This document shows positions 1-10,351 of a stretch of 64,000 nucleotides of DNA, one piece after another. The number at the start of each line of letters is the position of its first letter. Within the stretch, counting starts at the first letter, position 1. Source of the DNA: a bacterium (GTDB taxonomy: Bacteria > SZUA-182 > DTGQ01 > JAFGSM01). The DNA lies in NCBI GenBank assembly GCA_049472335.1, contig JBLIRO010000015.1, positions 8,447 through 72,446 of the forward strand, written 5' to 3'. The position numbers and the translations under genes were made by a program. Under the pieces are notes generated by a model. The model did no database searches, had not been told where the DNA came from, and saw only the letters and a program-made list of their open reading frames with translations.

Positions 1-1515
1 ACACAATCACAGCAAGTCCAATTTTCATTCCATCCGGTTCACTCTCGGCTGATATAACTATCACTTTGGTGGATGATGAGATTAATGAAAATGATGAGAA
101 CATAATTTTGAATATGGGTGCTCCCATTAATGCAATTCAGGGCAGTACCAATGTGCACACAGCCACTATTATAGATAACGATGCGCAGCCTGAGGTGAAC
201 TGGACGGCGGGGAGCCAGAGCGGGGACGAAGGTGTGGGCACAATGACAATAACGGTTGAGCTTTCGGAAGTCTCGGGTCTTGACGTAACCATCCCCTTTA
301 TTGTTTCGGGCATACCAACCGATCCTAACAACTATACGATCACAGGGAGCCCGGTCACAATTCCCGCCGGATCTCTATCCGCTGATATAACAATCACGGT
401 GGTCGATGACGGTATTGATGAGAATGACGGAACAATAATAGTAACCATGGGCACTCCGGTTAATGCCACACAGGGTGCTACCAGTGTTCACACAGCCACC
501 ATTATAGACAACGATGCACAGCCTGAGGTGAACTGGACGACAGGGAGCCAGAGCGGGGACGAAGGTGTGGGCACAATGACTATAACCGCCCAGCTTTCTG
601 AGGTGTCGGGGCTTGATGTAACCATCCCTTTTAATGTCTCGGGCATACCAACCGATCCTAACAACTATACGATCACAGGGAGCCCGGTCACGATTCCAGC
701 CGGGTCTCTATCCGCCGACATAACAATCACGGTTGTGGATGACGGTATTGATGAGAATGACGGAACAATAATAGTAACCATGGGCACTCCGGTTAATGCT
801 ACACAGGGCGCTACCAATATCCACACAGCCACCATTATAGACAACGATGCGCAGCCTGAGGTGAACTGGACGACAGGGAGCCAGAGTAGAACTGAAGGTG
901 TGGGCACAATGACAATAACCGCCCAGCTTTCTGAGGTGTCGGGGCTTGATGTAACCATCCCTTTTAATGTCTCGGGAATACCAATTGATCCTAACAACTA
1001 TACGATAACAGGGAGCCCGGTCACGATTCCTGCAGGGTCCCTATCCGCCGATATAACAATCACGGTGGTGGATGACGGCATAGATGAAAATGACGGAACA
1101 ATAATAGTAACCATGGGCACTCCGGTTAATGCCACACAGGGTGCTACCAGTGTTCACACAGCCACTATAATAGATAACGATGCACAGCCTGAGGTGGGCT
1201 GGACAACAGGGAGTCAGGAAGAAGCCGAAAACACAGGCATAACAACAGTGACAGCCGAGCTTTCCACAGTGTCAGGGCTTGAGGTAATTGTCCCGTTTAG
1301 TTTGTCCGGTTCCGCAACCAGCCCGGCAGATTACACAATCACAGCTAGCCCCGTAACAATCCCTGCAGGGTCTCTTTCAGCGAATATAACCATTACGGTG
1401 GCTGATGACAGCATTGACGAAAACGATGAGACCGTTATAATAACCATGGGCTCTCCAACCAATGCCACACAAGGTGTTACCAATGTCCATACATTCACCA
1501 TCGCCGATAATGATA
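1..1515 (+). repeat. Intragenic tandem repeats, 333-bp (111-aa) period, Calx-beta modules
   Basis: 'cagcctgaggtg' recurs at 186, 519, 852 and 1185 (exact 333-nt spacing); the first three units are near-identical in DNA. Confidence 0.95.
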
Positions 1516-4500
1516 TGGCCGGTGTTACAATTACCGAGTCGGGCGGCTCCACCGATGTCCAGGAAGGTGGTGCCGAAGACACTTATGATTTAGTACTGGA
1601 TAGCATGCCCGTTTCTGATGTAACGATTACATTGACCCCGGACATTCAAACAACCGTAAATCCGGCTAGCCTAGTCTTCACCCCGGCCAATTGGAATATA
1701 TCTCAGCAGATAACTGTAACGGCTGTTGATGACACCCTTGATGAGGGTCCTCATGTATCTGTAATTATCCATGCTGCTGACAGTGCCGACCCTGAATACA
1801 ATGCCCCCCCCTTTAATGGTTCAGGGAATCCATATCCTTTAACAGTAAATATCACAGATAATGATTTGGTTAATCCGTCGAACAGCACCGTTACAGTAGA
1901 CCCGTCAATTGTGGTCGCTGACGGTACGGCATTCAGCACAATAACGGTTACACTAAGGGATAAAAACGGATTGCCGGTTTCCGGAAAGATTATAATGCTC
2001 GAATCTGATCGAGGAGTTATTGATAATATTGCGCAGCCCTCCTCACCTACGGACGTAAACGGAGTGGCTGTCGGGAGAATCAGCTCCGACTCCTTTGGTT
2101 TTGCCACCATTACCGCAACCAATACAACAGATGGGATTGTGATCCCTGAACAGCCCCAGGTGACGTTTGCCCAAAATGCCGCACTGGAGATTACAAAAAC
2201 GGCAAACAAAACAAGTGTAGTGGTTGGGGATATTGTTACATATCACATAGTAATACGGAACACCCTCTCGAACGATGCAGTCCAGGTCCGGCTCCATGAC
2301 CTCATCCCACCCAACTTCAAGTACATAAAGGGAAGCGTGAGACTGAATGGAGTCAGCATGACGGATCCTTCCGGAAATCAGAGCCTTATATTTGATATGG
2401 GTACAGTTTCTGCTTTGGCCGATAGTAATGGAAACGGTTATGCTGACCCGGAGGAGCCGGGTTATCTTGTATTGGATTATCAGCTTATAGTCGGTTCCGG
2501 GGCAAGTCCCGGAGAATATCATAATACGGCGGTTGTCAGGGATGTTTGTGGGACATACAACATATCCAATCAGTCAGAAGTTCCCATTACAGTAACCCTG
2601 GATCCTGTTTTCGATCTGGGGACAATCATTGGTAAGGTCTTTGAGGACAGAAACCTTGATGGCCTGCAGGGCCCTGATGAACCAGGGATCGAAGGAATAA
2701 CGGTAGTGCTGGATGATGGTGCCTATGTGCTTACGGATGAACATGGCCGCTATCATTTCCCTGCTGTAAAGCCGGGGCACAGGATGCTAAAAATCAACCT
2801 CAATGACCAATGGGAAAGGGGGATGACCGCAACGGAAGATTCACATGTAGTATGGGTCACGCCCGGAATCCTCGCGAAAGCCAATTTTGGAGTCTCTGTC
2901 TCAAAGCAAACCGAGTCCATTGGGAGAGACCCTGAATACGGTCTGATATTGACCGGAGAGATAAATATAAATTCTTCTATGTTATTGGGTAGTGTAGAGA
3001 CATTGACACTTTCAATGAACGGCCAAATTGTGGACTTACCAGGATGTGACATCCGGATGGGAGGCAAAAGGATTGAAGAAGTGGTGGAGATAAGAGGTTT
3101 CCAGCCGGACGAACCGGTTTTATTTTATACAAAAGTGGATGTCCCTGAAAAGATAAAGAAATGGAGTATAAAAATCATAAATGACGAGGGCGGTGTAATC
3201 AGAACCATTACTGGTAATGGAAAACCAACTGAAATCATTTATTGGAACAGACGAAATGAGGCGGGACACCTGTTGGAGGGTGGGGAGATCTACCAGTACC
3301 AGATGGAAGTTGAATACACTGAAGGAAGCTATGCCACAAGCGCCCGGAGGCTATTCACTGTCAGACAGATTAATACAATATCCATAGGATTGACAGGCGG
3401 TGCCTTCGAAATCGATTCATCCGAACTCAGCATGGAAGCCCGTAAGGCATTAAAGGAGATTGCGGAAATGCTGAGGAAATATCCTGATGAGAAGATAGCC
3501 ATAGATGGATATACGGATTCCACAGGCACGGATAAACATAATTTAGAGCTTTCCAAAAAAAGGGCCGAATCGGCATTGTCTTACCTGGTGAACCAGGAAG
3601 GCATCCCGGAGAGCCGTATGGAAATAGGATTTTACGGGGAATTCAATCCTGTGGCAAGCAATGATAGCCCTGAGGGGCGCGAGCTTAATCGCCGTATAGA
3701 GATAAATGGCTCGTTCAAAGAGGTTTGGGAGGCCAAAATTCATAATCAATATAGAACCGATCCAAAAATCCTGATTGATAAGTTATCTCTAAAAGTGGAC
3801 CAATATGGACGTTTCCAAACGGAACTTAAAAGAAAAAACGGTGAAGAGATCGATGTCGAGATGAGCAATGCCCAGGGAAAATCAATACGAACAAGGATAC
3901 TCATACCACCTTTTGAAATTTTGAAACCAGCCGGTGATCTGAAGCTCGCATACGGCTCAATAAAAGATGGAAACCGGGTCAATCATCCTCCCGATTCCGG
4001 TCAATGGGGCAAAGATGATGTGACAATGGTTTACCTTATTACTGGCCGGACCGATCCCGGAAACATTGTTGAGTTAGAAAACAGACCTGTAGTAGTGGAA
4101 CCGGATGGTAATTTTTCTGTTTATGTTGATCTTAAATTGGGGAAAAATATATTTGGATCTATGGTTAAAGATCCTTCCGGATGCACAACCCTGGCCAATC
4201 TTATTTTGATGGTTAAGGATAAAGATGAGAGTGGAAGCAAAATCATAGTAGTGGATCCTGTCCCAAGGCTTACAGTCAACTTGCCTCCAGGAGGATCAAA
4301 TTTAACAAGCACAATCTTCTCTATTTCCGGGAATACAGACCCTGCCAATAAGATTCTGGTCAATGAAAAGCCGGTGCCTTTGGAATCTGATGGGAGCTTC
4401 ACTTACACAGTGCAGTTACCGGAAGAAAAGGGCCGCCTTGCCGTTAAGGTTGAGGACCCTCAAGGTTACAGCGGTTCAATTGAACGGGATGTAAAAGTGA

Positions 4501-7109
4501 AAAAGAACCATCTCTTTTTCCTCGCATTTGCTGATGGGAAGGTGGGAATGCTTCATGGCAGAGGTCATCTGCAGGGTGCCGGAATGGATGAAAAGACGGA
4601 ATTTTTTACTGAAGGTCGTGTTGCCTATTACCTCAAAGGGGTTATAGCCGGCAAGTTGCTCATTAAATCTGCTTTCGATACCGGAACTAATAAGTTCGAG
4701 AAACTTTTTGAAGATCTGGACGAGGCAGAGACCGAACGTCTGCTGACCAATCTTGATCCTGACAAGTTTTATCCTGTGTACGGAGATGAGAGCAAGGTGA
4801 CATACGACACCGAAAGCCAGGGGAAATTTTATCTTGCTCTGGATTTTCATGACATGCATGTTCTGGTGGGAAACTATCCTTTACAGTATAACGATACGGA
4901 GCTTGCGGCTTATCAACGGACCCTTTTTGGATTTCAATTTCTCTTTAGGTCGCTTTCCCGTACAAAGTATGGTCAGCCTGACACGGTTGTAGCATTGTTC
5001 TTAGCCGAAACCCGACATATACACGTGCGGGATCATTTGCGTGCTACAGGGGGATCTGTTTACTTCCTAAGCCATCAGGACGTGATCGAAGGGAGTGAAC
5101 AGGTGACCCTGGAACTGCGTGATAAGGACACCGGATTGATTTTGTCAAGGGTCTCCCAACAGCAGAATGTGGATTACACCATTAAATATGAAGAGGGCCG
5201 GATCCTTTTTAATCGGCCGCTTTCCAGTGTTTTAGAAGATGAGAGGCTTGTGGATCAGGCCATGCTTTCAGGCAATCCCGTGTTTATCCAGGTTGATTAT
5301 GAAACCCGTGTGGATGCCTTTGAAAAGGCGGCGGGTGGTATCAGGGTCCGGCAGCAGATTACCGATCACTTAGGAGTTGGTGTAACCCTGATAGATGATG
5401 AGACGGAATTAGGGGAATATGAATTAGAAGGTGTGGACACTGAGGTCAGGTTTGGTAAGAATACAAGGATTGTAGGCGAATATGCCGAAAGCTCAGGTAC
5501 GGACTCCCTCGCCTTCGAGAGTGAGGATGGAGGATTGACATATATGGAAAAAACTCCCGGTTTCCTGGAGGAAGGGAAGGCGTGGAAGATTGGAGCCGAT
5601 ATGGATATAGGGGAATGGTTTGGAGCGCCTGACCGTATTCAGTTAGGAGGATATCTCAAGAGGCTTGAGCCGGGATTTCTCTCCAGTGGAAATTACTCCG
5701 AGGCAGGGACAAAGAAGTATGGAGCAAAGATGAAGCTGCAGCTTACCAAAAAGGACAAGATACTCGCGCGTCTTGATCGTGAGGAGCTTGACGATGCCGG
5801 ACTTGCAGAGGCAAAAGAATCCGATATGGGCACATTGCAGTGGCATCATGAACAGAGTAAATGGTCACTTACAGGGGAGTATCAGGTCCGACAGTCCAGG
5901 GATGTCAACGGCACTTCCATAGAGGACTCCGGTTTTGCAGCAGCAAGGTTCCGCTATAGACCCTTTGACAGGCTGACTGCAGAGATGGAGCATCAACAGA
6001 CAATCACAGGCCCGCAAAACAATCAGACTATGCTGGGCACGGAATACCAGATAAACTCTGTTTTGTCATTCAAGGCAAGCGGAACCACCGGGAGTCTGGG
6101 TAATTCACTCCAGGGCGGGACAGTCCTTAATCTCGACACAGGACGTCTTTACCTTACTGAACGCTTGTCCGATGATCAGAGCGGCCATGCTACATCCACA
6201 GTTTTTGGTGCGGAGAGGGCCATAGGGCCGGAGAGCAAGGTATACTCAGAGTACCAATGGGAACATTCCGACAATGAGGGTCGTGCTTTATCCGTTATGG
6301 GTGCTCAATGGCAGAAGGATTTGACCAAAGGTTTCACATTCCTTCTTGGGGGCGAATATACAGAAATAGATTCGAACCCACAGGCACTGAGCCGCCATAC
6401 TATTACAACAGGAATAACATTCGCTCATCCTGCCGGGATTAAGGTGTCAACTCGGGACGAAGTGCGCAAGGAGAATGGGAACAATAAATTAACACAATTT
6501 TTGACATCAAACCGGATCGAATTGAAACTCAATCCAGAATTCACCCTTTTGGGCAAATACCGCTACAGCAAGACAAAAAATGAAATCACGGGAGACACAG
6601 AAGCCAGATTTGAGGAACGCAGTATCGGTCTTGCTTTCCGGCCGGTGAGGAATGATCGGTTTAATGCCCTCACCAGATACACACAGTTGACCGACAAGAG
6701 CCCCCTGGATATTACTGAGACTGAGGCATTTGAGACAAAGAAGGATGTCGCCTCTCTGGAAACATCGCTGGATTCCAGATACATGGAGTGGGTGAGCAAG
6801 GGAGCGGCAAAGCTTAAACTGGAAAAAACAATCGACGGAGATTCCATGAAGACGCATACCTATCTGATGATCCAGCGGTTGAATTTTCATGTCTGGAAAC
6901 GGATCGATTTTGGTACCGAATACCGGATACTCCTCCAAAACGAATCGGATGATAGCCGTGAGGGATGGCTGACGGAATTTACCTGGGAGGCTGTTGAACA
7001 CCTCCGTCTGGGTGTGGGATTCAATTTTACCGATTTCTCGGATAATGAATTTTCAGAGAATGATTATTCTGTTTATGGATGGTTCTTTAGAATACAAGGG
7101 AAATATTGA
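1..7109 (+). CDS. Giant multidomain surface/outer-membrane protein (5'-partial): Calx-beta repeats, invasin-like Ig, DUF11, SdrD-B-like, OmpA C-terminal domain, Ig-like domains, large C-terminal beta-barrel
   Basis: Frame is open from position 3 (TITASPIFIPSGSL...), so the true start is upstream. Motifs: 111-aa repeats with 'VDDGIDENDGTI..TIIDND' (Calx-beta); 'VADGTAFSTITVTLRD..G.PVSG' (Big_1); 'LEITKTANK..VVVGDIVTY' (DUF11); 'GKVFEDRNLDG..EPGIEGI' (SdrD-B); 'IDGYTDSTG..NLELSKKRA..NRRIE' (OmpA). Amphipathic beta-strand C-terminus ends in an aromatic residue (RIQGKY). Confidence 0.85.
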   Translation, partial: TITASPIFIPSGSLSADITITLVDDEINENDENIILNMGAPINAIQGSTNVHTATIIDNDAQPEVNWTAGSQSGDEGVGTMTITVELSEVSGLDVTIPFIVSGIPTDPNNYTITGSPVTIPAGSLSADITITVVDDGIDENDGTIIVTMGTPVNATQGATSVHTATIIDNDAQPEVNWTTGSQSGDEGVGTMTITAQLSEVSGLDVTIPFNVSGIPTDPNNYTITGSPVTIPAGSLSADITITVVDDGIDENDGTIIVTMGTPVNATQGATNIHTATIIDNDAQPEVNWTTGSQSRTEGVGTMTITAQLSEVSGLDVTIPFNVSGIPIDPNNYTITGSPVTIPAGSLSADITITVVDDGIDENDGTIIVTMGTPVNATQGATSVHTATIIDNDAQPEVGWTTGSQEEAENTGITTVTAELSTVSGLEVIVPFSLSGSATSPADYTITASPVTIPAGSLSANITITVADDSIDENDETVIITMGSPTNATQGVTNVHTFTIADNDMAGVTITESGGSTDVQEGGAEDTYDLVLDSMPVSDVTITLTPDIQTTVNPASLVFTPANWNISQQITVTAVDDTLDEGPHVSVIIHAADSADPEYNAPPFNGSGNPYPLTVNITDNDLVNPSNSTVTVDPSIVVADGTAFSTITVTLRDKNGLPVSGKIIMLESDRGVIDNIAQPSSPTDVNGVAVGRISSDSFGFATITATNTTDGIVIPEQPQVTFAQNAALEITKTANKTSVVVGDIVTYHIVIRNTLSNDAVQVRLHDLIPPNFKYIKGSVRLNGVSMTDPSGNQSLIFDMGTVSALADSNGNGYADPEEPGYLVLDYQLIVGSGASPGEYHNTAVVRDVCGTYNISNQSEVPITVTLDPVFDLGTIIGKVFEDRNLDGLQGPDEPGIEGITVVLDDGAYVLTDEHGRYHFPAVKPGHRMLKINLNDQWERGMTATEDSHVVWVTPGILAKANFGVSVSKQTESIGRDPEYGLILTGEININSSMLLGSVETLTLSMNGQIVDLPGCDIRMGGKRIEEVVEIRGFQPDEPVLFYTKVDVPEKIKKWSIKIINDEGGVIRTITGNGKPTEIIYWNRRNEAGHLLEGGEIYQYQMEVEYTEGSYATSARRLFTVRQINTISIGLTGGAFEIDSSELSMEARKALKEIAEMLRKYPDEKIAIDGYTDSTGTDKHNLELSKKRAESALSYLVNQEGIPESRMEIGFYGEFNPVASNDSPEGRELNRRIEINGSFKEVWEAKIHNQYRTDPKILIDKLSLKVDQYGRFQTELKRKNGEEIDVEMSNAQGKSIRTRILIPPFEILKPAGDLKLAYGSIKDGNRVNHPPDSGQWGKDDVTMVYLITGRTDPGNIVELENRPVVVEPDGNFSVYVDLKLGKNIFGSMVKDPSGCTTLANLILMVKDKDESGSKIIVVDPVPRLTVNLPPGGSNLTSTIFSISGNTDPANKILVNEKPVPLESDGSFTYTVQLPEEKGRLAVKVEDPQGYSGSIERDVKVKKNHLFFLAFADGKVGMLHGRGHLQGAGMDEKTEFFTEGRVAYYLKGVIAGKLLIKSAFDTGTNKFEKLFEDLDEAETERLLTNLDPDKFYPVYGDESKVTYDTESQGKFYLALDFHDMHVLVGNYPLQYNDTELAAYQRTLFGFQFLFRSLSRTKYGQPDTVVALFLAETRHIHVRDHLRATGGSVYFLSHQDVIEGSEQVTLELRDKDTGLILSRVSQQQNVDYTIKYEEGRILFNRPLSSVLEDERLVDQAMLSGNPVFIQVDYETRVDAFEKAAGGIRVRQQITDHLGVGVTLIDDETELGEYELEGVDTEVRFGKNTRIVGEYAESSGTDSLAFESEDGGLTYMEKTPGFLEEGKAWKIGADMDIGEWFGAPDRIQLGGYLKRLEPGFLSSGNYSEAGTKKYGAKMKLQLTKKDKILARLDREELDDAGLAEAKESDMGTLQWHHEQSKWSLTGEYQVRQSRDVNGTSIEDSGFAAARFRYRPFDRLTAEMEHQQTITGPQNNQTMLGTEYQINSVLSFKASGTTGSLGNSLQGGTVLNLDTGRLYLTERLSDDQSGHATSTVFGAERAIGPESKVYSEYQWEHSDNEGRALSVMGAQWQKDLTKGFTFLLGGEYTEIDSNPQALSRHTITTGITFAHPAGIKVSTRDEVRKENGNNKLTQFLTSNRIELKLNPEFTLLGKYRYSKTKNEITGDTEARFEERSIGLAFRPVRNDRFNALTRYTQLTDKSPLDITETEAFETKKDVASLETSLDSRYMEWVSKGAAKLKLEKTIDGDSMKTHTYLMIQRLNFHVWKRIDFGTEYRILLQNESDDSREGWLTEFTWEAVEHLRLGVGFNFTDFSDNEFSENDYSVYGWFFRIQGKY

Positions 7110-7116
7110 TTCAGGT

Positions 7117-8412
7117 ATGTTTATAAGATATATCAAATCTGTGGTGGGAAGTTTTCTTGAAGCAAGTATTGTCGTTTTGACGGTCCTTGTATTTTTCTGC
7201 CTTTTTCTTATTCTTCTGAATTTCATATTTCCGTCAGGGACTTCTCTCAAAGAAATGGTAAATTACGATGGAATGTCGACCTTAAGAAGTCTTTCAAGAT
7301 CTTCACTTAATGAGCTTCAGATTGAAGACGCCGGGGATATGACAAGTGTAATCGCCGCTCTTGCACAAAAACAGAACAATGTAAAGGCAAAACGTGCCGG
7401 AGCGATCGCCTGGAAACAAGCTAATAGAGGGATGAGTTTATATAGCAGGGACTCTATCCAAACCTTTAAAGAATCATCGGCCCTGATAACGCTGGACGGT
7501 GATAATGAGATTAAGATGGGGGAAAATTCCCTGATAATAATCAAGTCTCTGGAGCCGGACCCTTTTCTGGGTAAAAGATCGGTTTTGGAAATGGCCGATG
7601 GAAAACTTAGGGGCAGGATAAAAGGGGACACAAAGGATTCATTCAAAGTGGAAATAAACACACCCAGTTCGGTGACTAGGGTGAAATCGGCGGAAGGCAC
7701 AGACACAAAGACGAATTTTATGATTACCGTAAATCCCGACAAATCCTCAACGGTTACTGTTTATGAAGGTGTCGCGGAAGTGGCTGCTCAGGGCCGGGTA
7801 GTTCTGGTGGAGAAAAATAGCGGTATTACTGTGAACCCGGGGGAAGCCCCATCATCTCCTAAACCGTTACTGCCCTCACCAATCTTATCCGGGCCTGTTG
7901 AAGGAGATATATTTTATTACAGGGATCTTCCTCCCCGTATTCAGTTTACCTGGAGCGCTTTAGCAGGAGCTGAATCATATCACTTTGTGCTGGCAAAAGA
8001 CCCTGATTTTCGGCAGGTGATAGAGGATAACGACCTTTTTGAGCCTGACTTTATGCACGGCAACCTGAAAGAGGGGGAATATTACTGGAAGGTAAGCGGA
8101 AAAGAAGATGGCAGGGAAGGCTTGTTTAGTGAAGCAAGGTATATCAAGATTGTGGAGGATTGTAAGGGCCCCATGCTAAGTGTCAGGTTTCCCGATGAAA
8201 TAAATAGACATGCTCAGGATATTGTCCTGACAGGAACAACCGAGCCCAGTGCCGCCGTATTTGTTCAGGGCAAACAAATCCTGACTAATAAATCCGGAAG
8301 ATTCACCCACACTATTCATCTGGAGCCTGGTATCAATGTGATTGTGGTTGAGTCTGTGGATGCCGCCGGTAATATAACATATAAGTCACGTATTCTAAAT
8401 AGAGGATTTTGA
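7117..8412 (+). CDS. Membrane-anchored FecR-domain protein with C-terminal FN3/Ig-like domains
   Basis: Likely ATG at 7117, 7 nt after the upstream stop. N-terminal TM helix; FecR-like 'GMSLYSRDSIQT..SSALITL..IKMGENSLI..INTPS..VTVYEGVAEV'; 'FTWS..YYWKV' FN3-like; 'LTGTTEP..LEPGINVIVVESVDAAGN' Ig-like. Confidence 0.8.
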   Translation: MFIRYIKSVVGSFLEASIVVLTVLVFFCLFLILLNFIFPSGTSLKEMVNYDGMSTLRSLSRSSLNELQIEDAGDMTSVIAALAQKQNNVKAKRAGAIAWKQANRGMSLYSRDSIQTFKESSALITLDGDNEIKMGENSLIIIKSLEPDPFLGKRSVLEMADGKLRGRIKGDTKDSFKVEINTPSSVTRVKSAEGTDTKTNFMITVNPDKSSTVTVYEGVAEVAAQGRVVLVEKNSGITVNPGEAPSSPKPLLPSPILSGPVEGDIFYYRDLPPRIQFTWSALAGAESYHFVLAKDPDFRQVIEDNDLFEPDFMHGNLKEGEYYWKVSGKEDGREGLFSEARYIKIVEDCKGPMLSVRFPDEINRHAQDIVLTGTTEPSAAVFVQGKQILTNKSGRFTHTIHLEPGINVIVVESVDAAGNITYKSRILNRGF

Positions 8413-8415
8413 TAC

Positions 8416-10248
8416 ATGAAAAGGAAGTCTTTACAAAAGGGATTTTATTTCCCTCTAAGATTCAAGATACTCATCTCGGTATTGATCGTCGTTACAGTTG
8501 TAGTCGGTGTCATAACCTTCAGAATGGCAAAACTCTTTCATAACGACAAAAAAGACTGGATTCATCAGTTTGCTTCGATGACCGCGCTTCATACATCGCA
8601 GGAAACCCGCACAATCTTCGACGCGTTTCACGAAAGGCTGCAGGTATTTGGCCGGCTCCTTTACGATGACCAGCTTATATATGAACAGAAAAAAAGATTG
8701 ATCAAGATGATCTTTGAGGACTTTCACGAGTTTGTTGCAGTTACTATCTATGAGGACGGAAAAGAGCTCTTCACGATCCAGGACATGAAGATGCTCAATG
8801 AAGCCCGTTTGGCTAAAGAGGATTTTATTATATTTAGGACAAAACATCCCCTACCTTTTGACAGGATCCAATCCGGACAGGTTTTTGTTAGAAACTCCAC
8901 AATGTCCGAGAAGCTGCCGACCATGACCCTTGCGGTTCCTTTTGACTCTCCCGACGGGAAGAGTGTGTCAGTGGTAGCGGCAGTGGTCTGCCTTGAAAGC
9001 CTGCTGCGCGTGGTTGAAAGGTCGGACAAATTAAATCCTTTTCTTGTTGATGACGAAGGGATCATCCTGGCGGATACCGATTACCAGAAAGTGATCCGCC
9101 GCACCCCTGTGGACTTGCCCCACAAGCTCGATAGCCTTGATAAAAAACTGAGCCTGGCCAAGGTCTTTACCATAGAATATATCCAGGAAGGTGTGGAGAT
9201 GGTGGGGGGCTTTGCCAGGGTGGATTTCGGCAATATTCTTGTCCGTGTTCAAGTCCCTAAGAGCACGGCATACTCGATTGCCAAACAAAAGCTGAAAGAC
9301 GTAATTTTGGTCTCACTGATTATACTCACTGTGTTTGCGATCTTAAGCCTCTTTTGGTCACACAGGATTACACGCCCGATAGAAAAGCTTTCCGTTGCAA
9401 CCGATATTATGGGGAAAGGGCAATTTGACATCAAGATCGATATAAAATCCCGTGATGAGATAGGAAATCTGGCTGATTCATTTAACAAGATGGCCACAGA
9501 ACTCAAGACCCGGGAAGAAGCGCTTCAACAGACTCAGACCCAGTTGATCTACTCTGAGAAGATGGTGGCCTTTGGACAGTTGGGCGCCGGAATTGCCCAT
9601 GAAATAAAAAATCCCCTGGCCGGCATCCTCGGTTACACACAATTGTCTTTAAGGAAGGTGGAAAAGGGTGATCCCCTCTATAATAACCTGACTATTATAG
9701 AGAAGGAGACGAAAAGATGCAAATCTATTATAGAAAATCTATTGAAATTCACACGACAGGAGAAGGTAAGGTTTGGGCCTATTGAAATTAATAATGTGGT
9801 GCAAGATGCCATTGCGATTGTGGACCATCAACTTGGGATTAACCAGATAAGGCTTGAGAAGGAATTAGCTACGGATCTCCCTGAAATAATGGGCAATGCG
9901 AACCAGATACAGCAGGTGCTCATGAATATCCTTATCAATGCTCAGCAGGCCATGGAGGGTAGACCGGGATTGGTGAAGATTAAAACTTTCGCTAATAACG
10001 GGCATATTACAGTTAAAATAAGTGACAATGGACCGGGCATCCCGGAGGAGTTTTTGACAAAACTTTTCGAACCCTTTTTCACCACCAAACCAGTGGGAAA
10101 AGGAACCGGGCTCGGGCTCTCTGTTAGTTACGGGATAATAAGGGATCATGGCGGCGACATCCTTGTGGAAAGCGAACCGGGAAAAGGGGCCACATTTGTG
10201 ATTAAGTTTCCTTTAAAAGACTCAAACAAACAAATTCATTCCTGTTAG
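8416..10248 (+). CDS. Sensor histidine kinase (2 TM, periplasmic Cache-like sensor, HAMP, HisKA, HATPase)
   Basis: HAMP 'ITRPI..L..RDEIGNLADSFNKM'; H-box AHEIKNPL; N-box, DNGPGI, FFTTK, GTGLGL. Confidence 0.95.
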   Translation: MKRKSLQKGFYFPLRFKILISVLIVVTVVVGVITFRMAKLFHNDKKDWIHQFASMTALHTSQETRTIFDAFHERLQVFGRLLYDDQLIYEQKKRLIKMIFEDFHEFVAVTIYEDGKELFTIQDMKMLNEARLAKEDFIIFRTKHPLPFDRIQSGQVFVRNSTMSEKLPTMTLAVPFDSPDGKSVSVVAAVVCLESLLRVVERSDKLNPFLVDDEGIILADTDYQKVIRRTPVDLPHKLDSLDKKLSLAKVFTIEYIQEGVEMVGGFARVDFGNILVRVQVPKSTAYSIAKQKLKDVILVSLIILTVFAILSLFWSHRITRPIEKLSVATDIMGKGQFDIKIDIKSRDEIGNLADSFNKMATELKTREEALQQTQTQLIYSEKMVAFGQLGAGIAHEIKNPLAGILGYTQLSLRKVEKGDPLYNNLTIIEKETKRCKSIIENLLKFTRQEKVRFGPIEINNVVQDAIAIVDHQLGINQIRLEKELATDLPEIMGNANQIQQVLMNILINAQQAMEGRPGLVKIKTFANNGHITVKISDNGPGIPEEFLTKLFEPFFTTKPVGKGTGLGLSVSYGIIRDHGGDILVESEPGKGATFVIKFPLKDSNKQIHSC

Positions 10249-10351
10249 AAAGAAATAAGGCTTAAGCCTGAAAAAAAGAGAGTTTTATCATAATTGGAGA
10301 AACCCAGGATCCCTGTATTTGATGAAGAGGGAAAACCGGGGATGAAAGGAG

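Noticed and set aside
1..1515. CRISPR array or T1SS/RTX adhesin interpretation of the repeats
   Set aside because: Repeats are in-frame 333-bp coding units without spacers; no GGxGxD nonapeptides, and the C-terminus looks like a beta-barrel.
137..7001. Many short minus-strand ORFs within the giant gene (and similar shadows over cooS, pilB, pckG, korAB)
   Set aside because: Antisense or alternate-frame shadows of well-supported genes, with no recognisable motifs.
6994..7116. Extended N-terminus of the FecR ORF in the track
   Set aside because: Overlaps the upstream gene by 116 nt; ATG at 7117 gives a normal short cytoplasmic tail plus TM helix.
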